Shown in pieces: positions 25,911 through 29,894 of a DNA stretch of 29,894 bases. The translations under genes were made by a program, and so were the position numbers. The DNA is taken from IMG/VR virus record IMGVR_UViG_3300011971_000137, positions 1 through 29,894 of that record; one strand, given 5' to 3'. This DNA is from a virus (lineage: Duplodnaviria > Caudoviricetes). Every line of letters begins with the position of its first letter. The first letter of the stretch is position 1. The notes beneath the pieces were generated by a model. It was not told the DNA's origin, made no database searches, and saw only the letters and a program-made list of their open reading frames with translations.

Positions 25911-26822
25911 TTATCGGGATATGTTAATTAATTTTTCTTCAGATGCTAACCTTAGATACCAATTTCGAATGGAGGAAACATACCATTGAGAAAAATCTAT
26001 CTCCATTTGAGGAGCAAAATATTGAATAGCCGAACGATAGGTAGTAATAGCCATGCTCAGCGCTAAACTGGAATAGGCCTGAAGATTTCGCTGATCTCGT
26101 AAACCTAGAATCATCGCGCGTTGTCCCTGGCGAACTATGTTATTAAACGTATCTGTTGCGTGTACGCCGGTTGACCATTTGCGGTATAAGCTGTCATACC
26201 AGTCTCTATAACCAAGTTCACCTGCTAGGGCTTGGATGGATTGAGGACCTTCGAACAATGAAAACCAATTTGGATTTCTCTTTTGGAAGTTTCTTACTCT
26301 ATACCATTCGTTTATGATTTTAACAACTTCTTTGTTTTTGATTTTTCTTTGAATTTGCTGCGAATTGGAAAGTATGCCGCCCTTAAGCTTTTCCAACCTT
26401 GTTTTGTGGCTATGGAATTTACTGTTCTGTAGAATACTTTTCTCAATTTTTCTATACGTGGAAAGTCGTTGAATTTGGTTGCTAATTTGATAAGCGAGTG
26501 CCCTTCTCTTTGTATCCTCTTTTAGAATATAATTTATACCTAAAATGGCTTCAAATAGACTTCTTAGAAGTGGTTCCGAGGAATTTATACATCCTTGCCG
26601 ATATAAAACTGAGATTGAGTCTAGGATTTCTAAAACATGTCGTATTAGCATAATGGGGGTAAGCTCGTAATTATTCTGGTTAGTAATCTTCTCTGTGCAC
26701 CAAGTTAAACAGTGTGTCCCATAATTAACACATTCATCTAATACATTGGCATTAATATCTAATAGTTGTTGATGCTCTTTTGTTCCAGGTTTTCTTCTAA
26801 GATAATTTTCATGTGGTTCCAT
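25911..26822 (-). CDS. DUF5677-like / HEPN-related cargo protein
   Basis: LLRSLFE...YIL and LAGELG...YDSLYRKWSTGVH (Rx6H); AT-rich, opposite strand to phage genes, AGAGGGA RBS. Confidence 0.7.
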   Translation of the reverse strand: MEPHENYLRRKPGTKEHQQLLDINANVLDECVNYGTHCLTWCTEKITNQNNYELTPIMLIRHVLEILDSISVLYRQGCINSSEPLLRSLFEAILGINYILKEDTKRRALAYQISNQIQRLSTYRKIEKSILQNSKFHSHKTRLEKLKGGILSNSQQIQRKIKNKEVVKIINEWYRVRNFQKRNPNWFSLFEGPQSIQALAGELGYRDWYDSLYRKWSTGVHATDTFNNIVRQGQRAMILGLRDQRNLQAYSSLALSMAITTYRSAIQYFAPQMEIDFSQWYVSSIRNWYLRLASEEKLINISR

Positions 26823-27064
26823 TTTGATAAGTCCCTCTCTTTCTAAGGTGGTCGAAAACGTTCCGTGTATTTGTTACGAGCCCCAACAACATTTCGTTAG
26901 TCAACGTAGGCCGTCTTACAAATATCTTAATATCCACGAAATTGATCTCAACAGAGTTCATTTACTATTTCAACATATTAACAAGTATTCCTTCATTTAA
27001 GCACATACGGATCCGAACAATAGGATTCCTTATGCAATTGGAAGAGGGGATTAAATGCAAATTT

Positions 27065-27092
27065 ACTTCGCTTAAGACGCATTATGTCCAGC
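27065..27092 (+). repeat. dif/Xer-like recombination site 2
   Basis: ACTTCGCTTAA-GACGCA-TTATGTCCAGC. Confidence 0.75.
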
Positions 27093-27259
27093 AAACGCCC
27101 TGAGACAAGAGCGTTTCTTTTATGCCAGCACCTATCATCTTCTCAGAAATCAGGTCCAAAGTCCTATCAAGGTGTGCCGTATGGACATTATGGGAAAAGA
27201 TAGAGAGTATTATACTGAGTTTAAGACCTACAAAAATGAAAGAAGGCGATATAGTGGTA

Positions 27260-28402
27260 ATGCTTAAAATTAGCAAAATAAATACATTTCTTATCGGTAT
27301 AATGATGATGGCTATTTTATTGTGCTTTAGCAGCCAAGTCCTAGCGGCTGTTCCGGTCACTGGTATCACTGTGACAAGTGCAGGAAATGTAACTACGGTA
27401 GTTAATGCTGGAACCCTGCAAATGAGTGTAGCTATTCTGCCAGTAAATGCAGACGATCAGACTGTAAGTTGGTCAGTAGCACCAGGAACTGGAACAGCAA
27501 CAATCAATGCAACTGGTTTACTAACAGGAACGGGATTAGGAACTGTAACCGTAACAGCAATAGCTAATGACGGTTCAGCCATTACAGGGACGAAAACAAT
27601 CGCAGTTATAGACAATACCCTGCAAAGTATAGCCATAACTGCCCCAGCCACCAAATTAAGCTATAGCATCGGTGATACACTAGATATAACAGGACTTGTA
27701 GTAACCGGAACTTATAGCGATAGTAGCACTAAGGCTGAGAGCATAACCGCTGCAAATATAACGGGTTTTGATAGTACAGCGCCAGCCGCAAGCCAAACGT
27801 TGACGATCACTATTGGAGGCAAAACCACAACCTATAATGTAGAGATCAAAGCAGCCCCAGTCGTCGTGCTTAACAGCATAGCAATCACAACACCGGCGAC
27901 GACACTAATCTACAACGTAGGAGACACGCTTGACCTAACAGGTTTAGTCGTCACAGGAACGTATAGTGACATCAGCACCAAAGAGGAAACAGTAACTGCC
28001 ACGAATATAACCGGTTTCAACAGCGCAGTAGTAGCAACTGATCAGGTTCTCACTATTACAATTGGTGCTAAGACAACGACTTACAAAGTGCAGATCGAAG
28101 CCGCACCTACTGAAATAGGAACCGCCTCACCTATAGTTGGGCCAAGTAAAGTATGGACAATTAAACTAAGTGGCCTGGTAAATGAATCTAGCCTTAACGG
28201 TAAGGTTTATGTAACTAACTCTAAAGGAATTAAACAAAAAATCAGTTGCACAGCTACAGTGGTCAACGGATTTTCGCAAATAGAGGTTAAACCAGATAAG
28301 AATTATGTTCCCGGTGACTATATACTATGGGTAAAGAACATTAAGTCCATAAAAGAAGTTGGTATCAAAAAACAAGTATTTATGAAGTTTACAGTAAAGT
28401 AG
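27260..28402 (+). CDS. Secreted/surface protein with bacterial Ig-like domains (Big_2, two Big_3-type repeats, C-terminal Ig-like)
   Basis: Signal peptide MLKISK...LLCFSSQVLA; VPVTGITVT...VTVTAIANDGS; twice SIAIT.PAT.L.Y..GDTLD.TGLVVTGTYSD...ITGF.S...TTTY; KVWTIKL...KFTVK. The ORF-track start at 27122 is probably too early. Confidence 0.85.
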   Translation: MLKISKINTFLIGIMMMAILLCFSSQVLAAVPVTGITVTSAGNVTTVVNAGTLQMSVAILPVNADDQTVSWSVAPGTGTATINATGLLTGTGLGTVTVTAIANDGSAITGTKTIAVIDNTLQSIAITAPATKLSYSIGDTLDITGLVVTGTYSDSSTKAESITAANITGFDSTAPAASQTLTITIGGKTTTYNVEIKAAPVVVLNSIAITTPATTLIYNVGDTLDLTGLVVTGTYSDISTKEETVTATNITGFNSAVVATDQVLTITIGAKTTTYKVQIEAAPTEIGTASPIVGPSKVWTIKLSGLVNESSLNGKVYVTNSKGIKQKISCTATVVNGFSQIEVKPDKNYVPGDYILWVKNIKSIKEVGIKKQVFMKFTVK

Positions 28403-28459
28403 TACGTATGGTTATTGGACTGTAAGCTACGCTTTCATTGACGATGTTTGTGGTAGTAT

Positions 28460-28488
28460 AACGAGATACCGAAGAGGTGTCTCGTTTT
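28460..28488 (+). terminator. Terminator after the Ig-domain gene
   Basis: AACGAGATACC-GAAGA-GGTGTCTCGTT followed by TT. Confidence 0.7.
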
Positions 28489-28503
28489 GTATTCTAAAAG
28501 TAA

Positions 28504-28531
28504 ACTGCGTATTAGACGCATTATGCGCAAC
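28504..28531 (+). repeat. dif/Xer-like recombination site 3
   Basis: ACTGCGTATTA-GACGCA-TTATGCGCAAC. Confidence 0.75.
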
Positions 28532-28766
28532 AATACTCAGTTTAACAAACGCCTCTGAAATACGGGGCGTTTTGTTATGCTCAAAAAGAGACGAAAGGGT
28601 CGGTTGCATTGTCTTTACAACGCGTATACAAGCAAAATGATTATTCTTGCCTATCAACTGATTAAGCCTGTAGTCCTAATAGAGGGAGGATCAAGGTGTC
28701 GCGAGAACGCACGGGATATGAATTCATTTTTAGTGGGACAGTTTGGGCGCCAATTGTGTAACTAAA

Positions 28767-28794
28767 ACTTCGATTACTGGGAGTTTAGCGAACC
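28767..28794 (-). repeat. dif/Xer-like site in opposite orientation with a different core
   Basis: Minus strand GGTTCGCTAAA-CTCCCA-GTAATCGAAGT; left arm matches site 4 at 9/11. Confidence 0.5.
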
Positions 28795-28886
28795 CAATAA
28801 CATTCCAAACGGATTAAAAATAAATTTGGTGAATAATTCGGGGGGAATTGTAAACAATAATTTTTTACGAAAAGAATAAATAGGGA

Positions 28887-29492
28887 ATGGAGAATGTGGA
28901 TTGCATGGGAGAGGAACAATTAGGAGCATTTAATCACCTTGTTGAAATGCAAAAAGAACTAACAACGTTGGAGATGAAATATTGGAATCAATATTCATCG
29001 TATAATGATTGGCATTTCTGGTTTATGGTTGTATTATTGATCTTACCGTTAATTGTATTATACTTATTTATTGACAGAAGAAGGATGTTCCATCTAGGTT
29101 TCTTTGGATTTAGCATTCACATTTTGCAATCATATGTGGATTCTGCGGCAGTATATCTTGGTAAGTGGACGTATTTATACAAATTAATCCCCATCTATCC
29201 AATTAGTTTTGCATTAGATGCCTCCTGTATCCCAGTAACTTTTATGCTCATTTACCAGTGGACATTAAACCATAAGAAAAATTTTTACTTATATGCGACG
29301 ATGCCTGCCATTTTCTTTGCCTTTATTGCAAAGCCCTTTTTGGTTGGCATTAATATTACTAAGCTAGGACCAAGTGGAGGAGGGTTTGCCTATCTTATCC
29401 TATTCATTAGTCATTTATTTATAGCCTATGCATCAAAATGGATAACCGATTTATTCAGAAAACTCCTCGTGAAAGAGACTCAAATTCAATAG
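28887..29492 (+). CDS. CBO0543-like multi-pass membrane protein
   Basis: YW..Y....W.FW...IDRRR...D......G.W.Y...LIP...D....PV.FMLIYQ; about five hydrophobic segments. Confidence 0.75.
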   Translation: MENVDCMGEEQLGAFNHLVEMQKELTTLEMKYWNQYSSYNDWHFWFMVVLLILPLIVLYLFIDRRRMFHLGFFGFSIHILQSYVDSAAVYLGKWTYLYKLIPIYPISFALDASCIPVTFMLIYQWTLNHKKNFYLYATMPAIFFAFIAKPFLVGINITKLGPSGGGFAYLILFISHLFIAYASKWITDLFRKLLVKETQIQ

Positions 29493-29517
29493 AAATGCTA
29501 AAATGATAAAGACACTG

Positions 29518-29548
29518 AAGACTGCCATGTTCTTGGTAGTCTTATTTT
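29518..29548 (+). terminator. Terminator after the membrane-protein gene
   Basis: AAGACTGCCA-N6-TGGTAGTCTT followed by ATTTT. Confidence 0.6.
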
Positions 29549-29618
29549 ACATATCAGCCATTATCGGATCCAATGTCAAATAATTTCCTCCTTTTAAGAT
29601 CAAAAGTATTGGAACTTA

Positions 29619-29646
29619 ACTTCGCTAAAGACGCATTATGCGCAGT
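29619..29646 (+). repeat. dif/Xer-like recombination site 4
   Basis: ACTTCGCTAAA-GACGCA-TTATGCGCAGT. Confidence 0.75.
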
Positions 29647-29717
29647 AATGCGCATGAATAAGCGCAACCAACTCAAACCCAACTTTTGGGTATATAATCA
29701 CCTTATTGGGGGTGGTT

Positions 29718-29894
29718 ATGCTGGTAAGGAAAGCCGTGAATATCACCTTGGAGCCAGACGTATATGATGAGCTTTGTAATTATGCGGGCAAGAAGGGAAT
29801 TCGAGTTTCTCCATGGGTTAGTGCAAAAATGAAAGAGTTCATCGAAGAGGAAAAAGAAGCTGAAGCCGAAAAAACTAAAAGAGCGAAAAGATAA
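29718..29894 (+). CDS. Ribbon-helix-helix (CopG-like) DNA-binding protein
   Basis: RKAVNITLEPDVYDELCNYAGKKGIRVSPWV: alternating beta strand then two helices; GGGGGTGG RBS and TATAAT at 29693-29698. Confidence 0.7.
   Translation: MLVRKAVNITLEPDVYDELCNYAGKKGIRVSPWVSAKMKEFIEEEKEAEAEKTKRAKR

Larger units (their letters stand above)
1..29894. mobile_element. Temperate prophage (HK97-type head, contractile PBSX-like tail), probably defective; both boundaries may lie outside the window
   Basis: Canonical module order: integration, immunity, replication, packaging, head, tail, cargo. att sites not identified. Confidence 0.95.

Noticed and set aside
28438-28462. TTGACG...TATAAC as a sigma-A promoter
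   Set aside because: The spacer is only 13 bp and the -10 runs into a terminator stem.
25802-29646. Repeats read as a CRISPR array or as attL/attR
   Set aside because: Spacing is over 1 kb with whole genes between, there are no cas genes, and four internal copies do not fit a single att pair.
28427-29767. Track ORFs 28427-28657, 28577-28765 and 29573-29767
   Set aside because: They cross terminators or recombination-like sites, or overlap better candidates, and show no recognisable protein features.

Overview
Nearly the whole window is a temperate prophage of a low-GC Gram-positive host (Bacillota, probably Clostridia-like; inferred). Order: tyrosine integrase (5' part) and repressor on the minus strand; cro, excisionase, antirepressor, replication initiator plus DnaC-like loader, RinA/ArpU activator; HNH, terminases, portal, ClpP-type protease and HK97-type capsid; then a PBSX/C. 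difficile-type contractile tail, baseplate and fibre module. The element looks defective: the integrase stops after 133 aa, the initiator is frameshifted in an AAAG(T/G) pentamer tract, a deletion joins the large terminase to the portal, the sheath has an internal stop, and no lysis genes are visible. The best signal is at the right end (25.8-29.65 kb): four directly repeated 28-bp dif/Xer-like sites (11-6-11 layout, identical GACGCA core, TTATG arm) plus one or two opposite-orientation sites separate unrelated cargo genes (DUF5677/HEPN-like, secreted Ig-domain, CBO0543-like membrane protein). This suggests an integron-like Xer cassette array carried on a prophage. All family calls come from motif recognition, not database searches.
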